Source: an uncultured Candidatus Sumerlaeota bacterium
GTDB lineage: Bacteria > Sumerlaeota > Sumerlaeia > SLMS01 > CAYUNT01
Direction: 5' to 3'
Length of the DNA stretch: 64,000 nt
Assembly: GCA_964446285.1 (NCBI GenBank)
Contig: CAYUNT010000002.1
Span: 32-64,031, forward strand
Shown: one piece after another, positions 39,285 through 48,703 of the stretch
Layout: each line of letters opens with the position of its first letter
Numbering within the stretch: the first letter of the stretch is position 1
Notes under the pieces: generated by a model
Seen by the model: only the letters and a program-made list of their open reading frames with translations
Database searches by the model: none
What the model was told of the DNA's origin: nothing
Made by a program: the position numbers and the translations under genes

Positions 39285-39704
39285 TTAGCGCGATTGGCGG
39301 TGCGCAGCGGCGGATTGGAGAGTGACAACAGCGGCGAGAATACGCGGCGCCCCGCGCCTGGCGGTCCGAAACACAAACTGGATGCTTGCGGCGCGCCGTT
39401 TCCGCGCGCCTTGGCACGGGATGCGAACTGCGCTACTCCAATCACGCCCTTCGTCAAAGGCGCGCCCGAGAGCATCCGCTATTTCCCGCCGCGCGTCCAG
39501 CCCTAGCAGCGAAACCAGCGCGCGGTTGAGCATCGCATCTGCCCGCTCGCCCCACAGACGCTCCGCGGCGTCGTTGAGAAAAACCACATTGCCAATGGCG
39601 TCCGCAACGACAACCGGCCCGGCGGGCGCTTCCGCCAAACGCGTCAAAACCGCCGCGCGCTCCTCATCGTTGTTCCACAGTTCCAGAGGAAATCGCATGG
39701 ACAT
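39285..39704 (-). CDS. Stand-alone PAS domain protein
   Basis: GAAGGAG RBS; VVVADAIGNVVFLNDAAERLWGERADAMLNRALVSL PAS pattern. Confidence 0.78.
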   Translation of the reverse strand: MSMRFPLELWNNDEERAAVLTRLAEAPAGPVVVADAIGNVVFLNDAAERLWGERADAMLNRALVSLLGLDARREIADALGRAFDEGRDWSSAVRIPCQGARKRRAASIQFVFRTARRGAPRILAAVVTLQSAAAHRQSR

Positions 39705-39717
39705 GGGAAAATCTCCT

Positions 39718-40395
39718 TCACGGCCGCGCGGCGGGCGCGGGCGCCGGCGCGGATGCGGATGCGGATGGCGGCAGAGGCGCGGGCGATGTCGATGCTGGCG
39801 GAGTCCAGTCGCGTCCTGTGGTCCGTTTTTGCGTTCGAACGATATCGCCCGGGCTGACGGTTCCGTTCGTCGGATCATAGATTAAAAAAGGATTCCACGC
39901 GCGATCCGGCCCCACGCATTGCAGGCGCCATTCGCCGGTTTCATCGAGGAGCGATGGAACAAACCGCGTCGAAAAGGGGCGCGCGGCGTTGCGCTCGATG
40001 AGTTCAGGAATGTTCTCGTATCCGTAGCGACGCCAGATTTCATCAGGGAAATCCAGGGATTTTGGGACATCGCCGCCGAACGGGCACAGCATCGCGGCGC
40101 TCGAAACATACGCGATGGGCGTGCTCAGGCGATCCGGAACATACCACCATTTGAGGAACGTTCCGCGAATGACCTCCGGACCGCCCACAAAACCCGGTTC
40201 CGTCATGGGAGGATAAGCGTTTTCGTCCGTGCGGTAGGTTTCGAGCGCCGTGGCCACAGAGCGCATGTCGGCCAGCGCGCGCGCCACCTTCGAACGCGTT
40301 TGGGCCTCGAGGAAATTGGGAATCGCAATCGCGGCGAGCAGAGAGATGATCGCCACGACCATCAATAGCTCAATGAGTGTGAACGCGCGTTTCAT
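39718..40395 (-). CDS. Prepilin-type N-terminal cleavage/methylation domain protein (paralog of 3120-3746)
   Basis: MKRA|FTLIELLMVVAIISLLAAIAIPNFLEAQTRSKV; LSTPIAY; WRLQCVGPD...YDPTNGTVSPGDI. Confidence 0.9.
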   Translation of the reverse strand: MKRAFTLIELLMVVAIISLLAAIAIPNFLEAQTRSKVARALADMRSVATALETYRTDENAYPPMTEPGFVGGPEVIRGTFLKWWYVPDRLSTPIAYVSSAAMLCPFGGDVPKSLDFPDEIWRRYGYENIPELIERNAARPFSTRFVPSLLDETGEWRLQCVGPDRAWNPFLIYDPTNGTVSPGDIVRTQKRTTGRDWTPPASTSPAPLPPSASASAPAPAPAARP

Positions 40396-40438
40396 TGCGG
40401 GAAGTTCCGGGCGCATTTGCATAATGTCATTCGGCCAA

Positions 40439-43400
40439 TCACGAATTGGATGAGGAAGGCGAATTTGCGGATGTTTCCGAAGCGGCAGAGGATTCGTAAC
40501 CAAGCACCGGCGCGAGCCATCGCTCAATTTCGCCGAGCGGCATGCCTTTTCGCTGCTGGTAATCCGCTACCTGGTCGCGTCCAATGGGCGCCACATCAAA
40601 ATACCTGGCGCGCGGGTGCGCGAAATAATACCCGCACACGGACGCCCCGGGCGTCATCGCAAAGGATTCCGTCAGGCGGATGCCCGTGTTCGATTCGGCC
40701 TCAAGCAGGCGGAATATCTCGCGTTTTTCCGTGTGATCCGGGCACGCCGGATAGCCGGGCGCGGGGCGGATGCCACGATATTTCTCGTGAATGATGTCGT
40801 CGTTCGATAGGTTTTCCGCGCGGCCATAACCCCACAAATCTCGCACCTGCTTGTGGAGATATTCAGCCAGAGCCTCGGCGAGACGGTCAGCCAGAGCCTT
40901 CACGAGGATGGCGCTGTAATCGTCGTGCGCAGCCTCGAATTTCGCGCAGAGTTCCGCAGCGCCCGCGCCCGCCGTGACGGCGAACAACCCGGCATAATCG
41001 CGGCGTCCCGAATCGCGCGGCGCAACGAAATCCGCCAGGCACCATTGCGGGCTGCCGTCGTCGCGCTCGATCTGGCGGCGCATAAACCGAAGCGTGGACA
41101 GGGTTTTCGCATGTGTGTCATCCGCGAACAACACCACATCATCGCCCTCGGAGGCGGCTGGGTATATGCCATATACTGCATGGGCCTGAAGAAGGTGTTC
41201 GTCCGCAATGCGCCGCAGCATCGCCTGTCCGTCGTTGAACAATTCGCGGGCGCGTTCGCCCCAGCGCGCATCCTCAAGAATTCTCGGATACACGCCGCGC
41301 AATTCCCAGGCGTGGAAAAACGGCGACCAGTCGATGAAGGGAACAAGGTCCGCGATGGGGACGTCCCGCAGCGCGCGCACGCCCAAAAATGAAGGCGTGT
41401 CAATGGTTTCGCGGCTCCAATCGGGCGCGAATCGCCGTTTGCGCGCCTCCTCGATGGAAAGAAGCGGGCGGGCGGGGCGCGCCTGTTGATGTTCGCGGAG
41501 GCGGGCGTATTCCTCGCCGATTTTTCGCGCATAAGCCCCGCGTGTGGCGGGATCGAGAAGGCTTTGCACCACGCCAGGGGCGCGCGAAGCATCCAGCACA
41601 TGCACGGCGGGCGCATTGTAATTCGGCGCGATTTTCACGGCCGTGTGCAGACGGCTCGTAGTCGCTCCCCCAATCAGCAGCGGCACTTTCATGCCCGTGC
41701 GTTCCATCTCGCGCGCCACATGAACCATTTCATCGAGCGAGGGCGTAATGAGTCCGCTCAACCCGATGATGTCCGCATGGCACTCGCGCGCGCGGCGTAA
41801 AATGTCCTCAGCCGGAACCATTACACCCAGATCAATTACCTCATAGTTATTGCAAGAAAGCACGACGCCAACAATGTTTTTGCCGATGTCGTGGACGTCG
41901 CCCTTGACAGTGGCGAGGAGAATGCGAGCCGCTGCGCTGCCGCCCTCCACTTTGGCGCCCCTTGCCGCCGCCTCTGCTTTTTCGCGCTCCATGTGTGGCG
42001 TCAGGAACGCCACCGCCTTTTTCATCACCCGCGCGCTCTTCACCACCTGCGGCAAAAACATCTTTCCCGCGCCAAACAAATCGCCCACTACACTCATTCC
42101 GCGCATGAGCGGCCCTTCGATCACGGCGAGCGGACGGCCCAATTCCGCAAGCGCCTCCTCAGTATCTTCGTCGATGTAATCCGCCACGCCATGGACGAGC
42201 GCATGGGCAATTCGCTTTTCGACGGGCGCGTTTCGCCACGCCTCCTCTTCTTTCTGTTCGCGTTTTCCGTTGTGCTTGATCTTCTCGGCGAATTCGACCA
42301 GCCGCTCCGTGGCGTCCGGGCGGCGATTGAGCAGCACATCCTCAACGCGCTCGAGCAAATCCGCCGGTATTTCCTCATACACTTCGACCATGCCCGCGTT
42401 CACGATGCCCATGTCGAGTCCGGCGCGGATCGCATAATACAAAAACGCCGAGTGCATCGCCTCGCGCACGGGTTTGTTGCCGCGGAAAGAAAATGACACA
42501 TTCGACACGCCGCCGCTTACGAGGCAGCCCGGCAACTCGCTTTTTATGCGGCGCACCGCCTCGAAAAACGCCAGCGCGTAAGCGTTGTGCTCCTCGATGC
42601 CCGTCGCCACCGTCAGGACGTTTGGATCGAAAATGATGTCGGCCGGATCGTATCCGAGTTCGCCCGTGAGGATTCGATAAGCGCGCGCGCAAATCTCGAA
42701 CTTGCGCTCGGCGGTATCGGCCTGCCCGCGTTCGTCAAACGCCATCACAACCGCCGCCGCGCCATACCGGCGAATGATACGCGCCCGTTCGCGAAAGACG
42801 TCCTCGCCTTCCTTCAGGCTGATCGAATTCACAAGCGCCTTGCCCTGGATGCATTGCAGCCCGGCCTCGATCACCTCCCAGCGCGAACTGTCGATCATGA
42901 TCGGCACGCGCGCGATGGCCGGTTCCGAGGCGATGAGGTTGAGGAATTCGCGCATCATCGCAACGGAATCGATCAGGCCCTCGTCCATGTTGATGTCGAT
43001 CACGTTCGCGCCGTTTTCCACCTGCTGGCGCGCAATCGTGAGCGCGGCTTCGAGATCGCCCCCGCGCACGCACTGGGCGAATTTTGGCGAACCCGTGATA
43101 TTTGTCCGCTCGCCCACCACGATGAAACCCGTTTCCGGGCCGGCCACAAGCGGTTCGAGTCCGCTGAAGCGGCTGGCGCGGCGGCGCGGCGGCGGAACGC
43201 GCGGGGCTTCGCCGCGCACGCGCTCCGCAATGGCGCGGATGTGCGCAGGTGTCGTGCCGCAGCATCCGCCAACGATGTTCAGCCACCCCTCGCGCGCGAA
43301 ATCCCGAAGCATCTCCGACATGTGCGCGGGCGAATCGTCGTATTCCCCAAACGCATTGGGCAGGCCCGCGTTCGGGTAGCAACTGACGAAGCAATCCGCC

Positions 43401-44257
43401 AGCCCCGACAATTCCTCGATGTAAGGCCGCATTTCCGCTGCGCCGAGCGCGCAGTTGATCCCGACCGACAGCGGGCGCGCGTGCTCGATCGAATACCAGA
43501 ACGCCTCGACCGTCTGGCCCGAGAGCGTGCGCCCCGAACGGTCCGTGATCGTGACGGAAATCATCACGGGAACGCGGCGGCCAAGCGATTCGAACACCTC
43601 TTCGATGGCAAAAAGGGCGGCCTTGAGATTGAGCGTATCGAAGGTCGTCTCGGGCAGGAGGACATCCACGCCGCCTTCGAGCAGGGCGCGCGCCTGCTCC
43701 GCGTAAGCATCGGCCAGATCGCGAAACGTGACGGCGCGAAATCCCGGCCGGTTCACGTCGGGCGAGAGCGAGGCGGTTTTGTTCGTCGGCCCCATGGCGC
43801 CCGCCACCCATCGCGGACGCGACGGATCGCGCGCCGTGACTTCGTCGGCGGCCTCGCGGGCAATGCGCGCCGACGCCAGATTGATCTCGCGCGCGAGGGC
43901 CTGGGTTCCGTAGTCCGCTTGCGAAATGCGCGTCGCGTTGAAGGTGTTGGTTTCGATGATATCCGCGCCCGCATCGAGGAAATCGCGATGAATTTGCGCA
44001 ATGACGTCAGGGCGTGTGAGCGAAAGAAGATCGTTGTTTCCGCGCAGGGGCGACGGATGCGCGGCGAACCGCTCGCCCCGGAAATCCTTCTCGTCGAGGC
44101 GGCGCGTTTGAATCATCGTGCCCATTGCGCCATCGAGGATAAGGATTCGCCGCGCGAGCGCCTCACGCAGCGCCCCCTCCGCCGCCGAGGAACCCACGAA
44201 AGAAGATCCAGCGTCGCTGGGCTTTGGATTTTGTTTTTTGGAATCAGAATTGGTCAT
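40439..44257 (-). CDS. metH: Cobalamin-dependent methionine synthase
   Basis: [51 protein letters not shown]12 motif, [12 protein letters not shown]. Confidence 0.98.
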   Translation of the reverse strand: MTNSDSKKQNPKPSDAGSSFVGSSAAEGALREALARRILILDGAMGTMIQTRRLDEKDFRGERFAAHPSPLRGNNDLLSLTRPDVIAQIHRDFLDAGADIIETNTFNATRISQADYGTQALAREINLASARIAREAADEVTARDPSRPRWVAGAMGPTNKTASLSPDVNRPGFRAVTFRDLADAYAEQARALLEGGVDVLLPETTFDTLNLKAALFAIEEVFESLGRRVPVMISVTITDRSGRTLSGQTVEAFWYSIEHARPLSVGINCALGAAEMRPYIEELSGLADCFVSCYPNAGLPNAFGEYDDSPAHMSEMLRDFAREGWLNIVGGCCGTTPAHIRAIAERVRGEAPRVPPPRRRASRFSGLEPLVAGPETGFIVVGERTNITGSPKFAQCVRGGDLEAALTIARQQVENGANVIDINMDEGLIDSVAMMREFLNLIASEPAIARVPIMIDSSRWEVIEAGLQCIQGKALVNSISLKEGEDVFRERARIIRRYGAAAVVMAFDERGQADTAERKFEICARAYRILTGELGYDPADIIFDPNVLTVATGIEEHNAYALAFFEAVRRIKSELPGCLVSGGVSNVSFSFRGNKPVREAMHSAFLYYAIRAGLDMGIVNAGMVEVYEEIPADLLERVEDVLLNRRPDATERLVEFAEKIKHNGKREQKEEEAWRNAPVEKRIAHALVHGVADYIDEDTEEALAELGRPLAVIEGPLMRGMSVVGDLFGAGKMFLPQVVKSARVMKKAVAFLTPHMEREKAEAAARGAKVEGGSAAARILLATVKGDVHDIGKNIVGVVLSCNNYEVIDLGVMVPAEDILRRARECHADIIGLSGLITPSLDEMVHVAREMERTGMKVPLLIGGATTSRLHTAVKIAPNYNAPAVHVLDASRAPGVVQSLLDPATRGAYARKIGEEYARLREHQQARPARPLLSIEEARKRRFAPDWSRETIDTPSFLGVRALRDVPIADLVPFIDWSPFFHAWELRGVYPRILEDARWGERARELFNDGQAMLRRIADEHLLQAHAVYGIYPAASEGDDVVLFADDTHAKTLSTLRFMRRQIERDDGSPQWCLADFVAPRDSGRRDYAGLFAVTAGAGAAELCAKFEAAHDDYSAILVKALADRLAEALAEYLHKQVRDLWGYGRAENLSNDDIIHEKYRGIRPAPGYPACPDHTEKREIFRLLEAESNTGIRLTESFAMTPGASVCGYYFAHPRARYFDVAPIGRDQVADYQQRKGMPLGEIERWLAPVLGYESSAASETSANSPSSSNS

Positions 44258-44539
44258 GAAATCAAAGAGAGGAACAGGGAAAACATAATCTACAACTCAG
44301 AATATAACGCGCCTCGAAAATGCTCTTCGCAGCCGCGTTCCATTCAAATTCGCACACTCCCCCCAGACCATCAAACAGAAAACCTTTTGCCTAGTCCATC
44401 TACCCAATTAAAAAGAGCGCGGAAGGCCAATCTGGGCAGGCGCCTAATTCTTTTGGTAGTGCGCATTATTTGTTTGTGCTGTCATTTCGTCGGAAAGACA
44501 GCGGGGCGACATCGGGTATCTGATTTGGTATTCTCAAGA

Positions 44540-44989
44540 TTATTCTCTTGTCTCAAGATTCTTGGCATCAATCAGGTCTTGCGGCCTGCCGGCGGCTTTC
44601 TTGGATCGGATCAGGTCCGCCCGCGAGATAAACGGGATATTCAATCCTTCTATGGGGACTTCTTCGCGGCGTTCCCATGCGGATTCAAACTCCATGCCGG
44701 GGATCGACATCATAATATCCAGCCGCAAAGGGGCTTTCCCCATTTGGTAAAAATAGCCAGGCGCGGAAAAATCCTCAGGCGAAAGATTTTGCAGGGGCGC
44801 GCCAAACGCCTTCAGAGCATTGAAGACTCTTTCCGCATTTTCCTTATCGATGGCGATCCACAGGTCCAGGTCCTTGGTATACCGTGGTTCCGTATATCGC
44901 ATCACGGCATACCCGCCGACAACAAGGTATCGGACCTTATAATCGCTGAAAATGTTCAATAGTTCTTTGAAGTCGGGGCTGGTCAGCAT
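44540..44989 (-). CDS. Minimal nucleotidyltransferase-fold protein
   Basis: YLVVGGYAV...PRYTKDLDLWI (GG...DxD), RLDIM, DLIRSKKAAGRPQDLID. Confidence 0.85.
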   Translation of the reverse strand: MLTSPDFKELLNIFSDYKVRYLVVGGYAVMRYTEPRYTKDLDLWIAIDKENAERVFNALKAFGAPLQNLSPEDFSAPGYFYQMGKAPLRLDIMMSIPGMEFESAWERREEVPIEGLNIPFISRADLIRSKKAAGRPQDLIDAKNLETRE

Positions 44990-45164
44990 ATCCTTGTCTC
45001 ACAATTTGATAATCCTTCACCATATCGAGCGCGGCCTCAAAAATAGCCGCCGGACCTTGGCGCTGCCAAAATTCCACATCAAAGCGGCGGTCGTCTTCGC
45101 CAGCGCCGCCGGTCTCCTTTTCGCCGCCACCGATTTTGCCATACACTTCAATAATCTCAGACAT
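44937..45164 (-). CDS. Small hypothetical protein overlapping the nucleotidyltransferase gene
   Basis: AAGGA RBS; 75 aa, DRRFDVEFWQRQGPAAIFEAALDMV...PRLQRT; 53-bp overlap with the downstream gene. Confidence 0.7.
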   Translation of the reverse strand: MSEIIEVYGKIGGGEKETGGAGEDDRRFDVEFWQRQGPAAIFEAALDMVKDYQIVRQGYADQPRLQRTIEHFQRL

Positions 45165-45356
45165 GATTTCCTTCTCCGAAGTTTTCGCACAATGCCGCTG
45201 TCATCAAGCCACACATATTCGGCTTGCCGCTTTTGCATGGCGGCAACACATGCAAGGTCACACATTCCCCCCAAGGCCATCAAACAAAATACAAGCAAGT
45301 CGGATGGCATAGCCTTTGTGGCAAGGTTGCGGAGCCACTGTTGGAGGCAGGGGCTG

Positions 45357-46859
45357 CTAATCGCGCCCGGAGGAGCGCACGAGGATTCCGCAGATGCGGT
45401 CTTGGGTGGCGCGGATGGTGGCGACGGGCGAGGAAAAGTGATTCGCCAAAATGGAAAATGCAATCTCTCGTCCGTCGCGGCCCTTAATATAGCCTGAAAG
45501 TCCGCTGACATCGCGCAAGGTGCCCGTCTTAGCCGTGACTTGCCCTTCCATCCCGTCCTTGCTCATGCGATAACGCAGCGTGCCGTCGCGGCCCGAAACT
45601 GGCAGCGAGGCGCGAAACGCCTCGGAACCCGCGCCAGAGGCCATCTCGCGCAGCAGCATCACAATCGCGCGCGGCGCCACAAGGTCCGTGCGCGCCAGGC
45701 CGCTGCCATCTTCGCCCTCGACGAGCGAATCCGGAATCCGCATTCCGCGCAGGAATCGCGCCTCGGCGGCGTGTGAGGCGTCGTAGGAGCATTGCCCCGC
45801 CGCGCGCCCCCCGGCGGCCAGATAGACCATCTCCGCCAAATGATTGTCGCTGTCTTTGTTTGTGCGTTCGATGATCGCGGCGAGCGGCGGGGATTTGTGT
45901 TCGGCCAGCAGGCGCGCGCGGTCCGAAGCGGCGTCCGGAGCCACTCGTCGCCATTCGATTTCCACGCGCCCCTTGAACTCGATGCCTTCGCGGCGCAGCG
46001 CGTTTTCCAGCGCCTCCGCCCACCCAGACACCGGATCGGGCAGAGGAAGCGTCAGCGATTCCGCAGGCAATCCCTGGGGAAATTCGCCCACAGCCACCAG
46101 CGCGGCCGGTCCGGTGGCGCGCGCAAGGCGGAGAGTTTTCTTGCCCGAAGCGCCAACCGTGCGTGTTTGATTTTCAAGCGCGAGGCCGCGTTCGAGGCGC
46201 GGCGTAATTTCTGCGCGGCACGGCTCGCCTGCCACATCCGCCGGGGAAAACTTGACCAGAACACGGTTTTCGTTCAGCGCCAGCGCCGACGGCAGCGTTC
46301 CGTAGAGTTCGAGCAGTTGATCCCACGCCCATCCGGGCGGCATGAGCGCCGGGGATTCGTAGATGGAAGTGTCGATCACAACGCGCCCCGCCACGCTCTT
46401 GATGCCTGCGTCCTTTGCGGCGCGCGCCCAATCGCCGAGCAGCGCCAGGCCCGAGCGCCCGCGCAGGAATTCCGGCCGCATAGCCGGATCGCCGCCCGCC
46501 TCGAGCACGAGATCGCCATCGAGCGCGCCCGCGCCGTCCAGCGCCCCTGCCGCCCAAAACCGTGTTGTGAACTGATAATCCGCGCCAAGTGTCCGCAGCG
46601 CGAGCGACGTTGAGAACAGTTTGCGGTTCGAGGCCGGCATCAAGCGTTCATTGCCCCCGGCATCAACCAGCACCCGCCCCGTCGAGAGGTCCAGCGCATA
46701 CACACCCCACTGCCCGCCGCGCTCGCCGAGTTTGGCAATTTCATCCGCCACGAGCTTTTGCAGCGACGGATCCGGCCCCGATGGCGCGCCCGCCGCTGAT
46801 AAAGATGCCAGGCAGAATAGCGCCAGCGCGGCGCACAAAGAGCATAAGGATAATCGCAT
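45357..46859 (-). CDS. dacB: D-Ala-D-Ala carboxypeptidase/endopeptidase PBP4 (peptidase S13)
   Basis: Signal peptide; PASNRK (SxxK), KDSDN (SxN), DGSGLAR, AKTGTL. Confidence 0.92.
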   Translation of the reverse strand: MRLSLCSLCAALALFCLASLSAAGAPSGPDPSLQKLVADEIAKLGERGGQWGVYALDLSTGRVLVDAGGNERLMPASNRKLFSTSLALRTLGADYQFTTRFWAAGALDGAGALDGDLVLEAGGDPAMRPEFLRGRSGLALLGDWARAAKDAGIKSVAGRVVIDTSIYESPALMPPGWAWDQLLELYGTLPSALALNENRVLVKFSPADVAGEPCRAEITPRLERGLALENQTRTVGASGKKTLRLARATGPAALVAVGEFPQGLPAESLTLPLPDPVSGWAEALENALRREGIEFKGRVEIEWRRVAPDAASDRARLLAEHKSPPLAAIIERTNKDSDNHLAEMVYLAAGGRAAGQCSYDASHAAEARFLRGMRIPDSLVEGEDGSGLARTDLVAPRAIVMLLREMASGAGSEAFRASLPVSGRDGTLRYRMSKDGMEGQVTAKTGTLRDVSGLSGYIKGRDGREIAFSILANHFSSPVATIRATQDRICGILVRSSGRD

Positions 46860-46965
46860 TATTCACACAGCCCCAACGAAAAACGATGCAGAGAATATGC
46901 ACCGCGCCATCGCATTGCAGCGTCAGAATCCTGGAATCCGCGCGGCGGCGGCGGCGTCCGGGCGC

Positions 46966-48567
46966 CTATTCACGGAAAGAGGCCAAAGTGACGCAAGCAC
47001 GATCTATCACTTCATCCGCTCCGTCGATGCCGGCGTTGTGATTATTGACCAGCATGCTGAAGACGAGATCGCGCCCGCTGGCGTCCGTCACGTATCCGGA
47101 AAATCCGCGCACATAGCCGATGTATCCCGTCTTGGCCTGCACCTTGCCTTCGGCGGCCGTTCCGACCATGCGCTTATCGAGTGTCGATTCCTCGCCCACA
47201 TAAGGCAGCGAGGTCCGGAATACATCACGCAGTTCAGGGTTGTTGTAGATGCGGCGCAAGAGGGCGCAAAACTGGCGCGGCTGCACATAATCCTGGCGCG
47301 CAAGCCCCGAGCCGTCACACATTTGCAGTTTGTCTGGATCAGGAGCGCCGATTGCCTCGAACCACTTGCGCACGGCTTTGAGGCCGCCATCGAAATCGCC
47401 GGGAAAGCCTTCGTGAACCGCCAGCGTGCGCAAAATCTGATCGGCGAAAAAGTTGTGGCTGGGTTTGTTGACCACGCGGATGAGTTCGGACAAAGGCGGC
47501 GAAACATGCGTGATGAACGTCTGGCGGCGCCCGGGAGCGGGCTTGTCAATGCGCGCCGGATCGCCGAGTGAGCGGATGTTTCGCGCCGCGCCATCGACGC
47601 GGATTCCCTCGCGCTCAAAGGCCTCTTTCGCAAGCGTGGCCGCATAGAGCGCGCCATCCCACACAGCCCCGCGTTCGCGATGCGGTTTTGCGTCGATGGC
47701 AATTTCGCCCCGCACGACAAAGACATTGCTGCCCGTCTCGCGCGAGACGATGTCCGCCGTGGTTTTCGTGCCCGTGGTTGCCGTGGTGGCCTCATTGACG
47801 AGCGTGATGAATGGAGTGGCCGGAACGACGCGCAGCGAAGGGCGGTCGCCAACGGCCTTGCCCGGCGTGGTGTAGAATCGGAAGCAATTTTCCTCCATCG
47901 CCAAGCCGCTCGATCCGCAACCATACCAATAGGGCAGATCGCCATATTCCCAATAAGATGAAATGTATTCTTCGGTAAAACAACGCCCGTCGCCGATAAT
48001 ATCGCCCGAGATTTCGCGAATGCCCGCGTCCTTGAGCGCCTTGGCCCATTCGGCCAGGAGTTTCGCGCTGTCGTGCGAGTCGTCCGGATGCCATGCGCCG
48101 AGCGATGGATCGCCCGATCCCACAATGACCAGATCGCCATCGAGCCGCCCATTGCGAATCTCGCCCACGGCGTCAACGCGCGTCGTGTAACTGAAGTCCT
48201 TGCCGAGGCGGTCCAGCGCGGCGGCCGTCGTGACGAGTTTTGTATTCGAGGCCGGATTCATGGACTTTGCGCCATTGAGATCATAAATCACTTCGCCTTC
48301 GGCGGTTTCCACGCGCACTCCCCAAAAGGCGTTATCGAAGCGCGGATCGCTGAAAATGGTATTGAGGTCCGCGCGGAGTTTTTCGCGCGCGGGCGAAGTG
48401 GCAGCAGCTGCGGGCGCATTGGATGCGGCGGATGTCACAGCGCCTGCGGCGTTGCCTGCGGCCTCGCGCCCGGGCGGCGGGCAAAGCGTCGCGCAGCCCA
48501 AAATCCACGCGCACAAAGCAAAAAGAGAGAAAAACCGCAGCAAATCAACTGGTCGCACTCGAATCAT
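46966..48567 (-). CDS. dacB: D-Ala-D-Ala carboxypeptidase/endopeptidase PBP4 (peptidase S13), lipoprotein paralog
   Basis: Lipobox WILGC; PASNTK, KPSHN, DGSGLAR, AKTGYI. Confidence 0.92.
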   Translation of the reverse strand: MIRVRPVDLLRFFSLFALCAWILGCATLCPPPGREAAGNAAGAVTSAASNAPAAAATSPAREKLRADLNTIFSDPRFDNAFWGVRVETAEGEVIYDLNGAKSMNPASNTKLVTTAAALDRLGKDFSYTTRVDAVGEIRNGRLDGDLVIVGSGDPSLGAWHPDDSHDSAKLLAEWAKALKDAGIREISGDIIGDGRCFTEEYISSYWEYGDLPYWYGCGSSGLAMEENCFRFYTTPGKAVGDRPSLRVVPATPFITLVNEATTATTGTKTTADIVSRETGSNVFVVRGEIAIDAKPHRERGAVWDGALYAATLAKEAFEREGIRVDGAARNIRSLGDPARIDKPAPGRRQTFITHVSPPLSELIRVVNKPSHNFFADQILRTLAVHEGFPGDFDGGLKAVRKWFEAIGAPDPDKLQMCDGSGLARQDYVQPRQFCALLRRIYNNPELRDVFRTSLPYVGEESTLDKRMVGTAAEGKVQAKTGYIGYVRGFSGYVTDASGRDLVFSMLVNNHNAGIDGADEVIDRACVTLASFRE

Positions 48568-48703
48568 GCAACAACTCCACAAAAAGAATGCCGTCGGGTG
48601 CCGGCGGCGCAGAAAGAAGTGAAAACCACTCGCGCCAAGTGGATCAAGGTCAATGGAGCGCCACTGGCCGCAGACCCAACGGCGCGACGCGCAACCGCCC
48701 TTT

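Noticed and set aside
44258-44540. SAM or cobalamin riboswitch upstream of metH
   Set aside because: No recognisable consensus elements by eye; an Rfam scan would be needed to exclude one.
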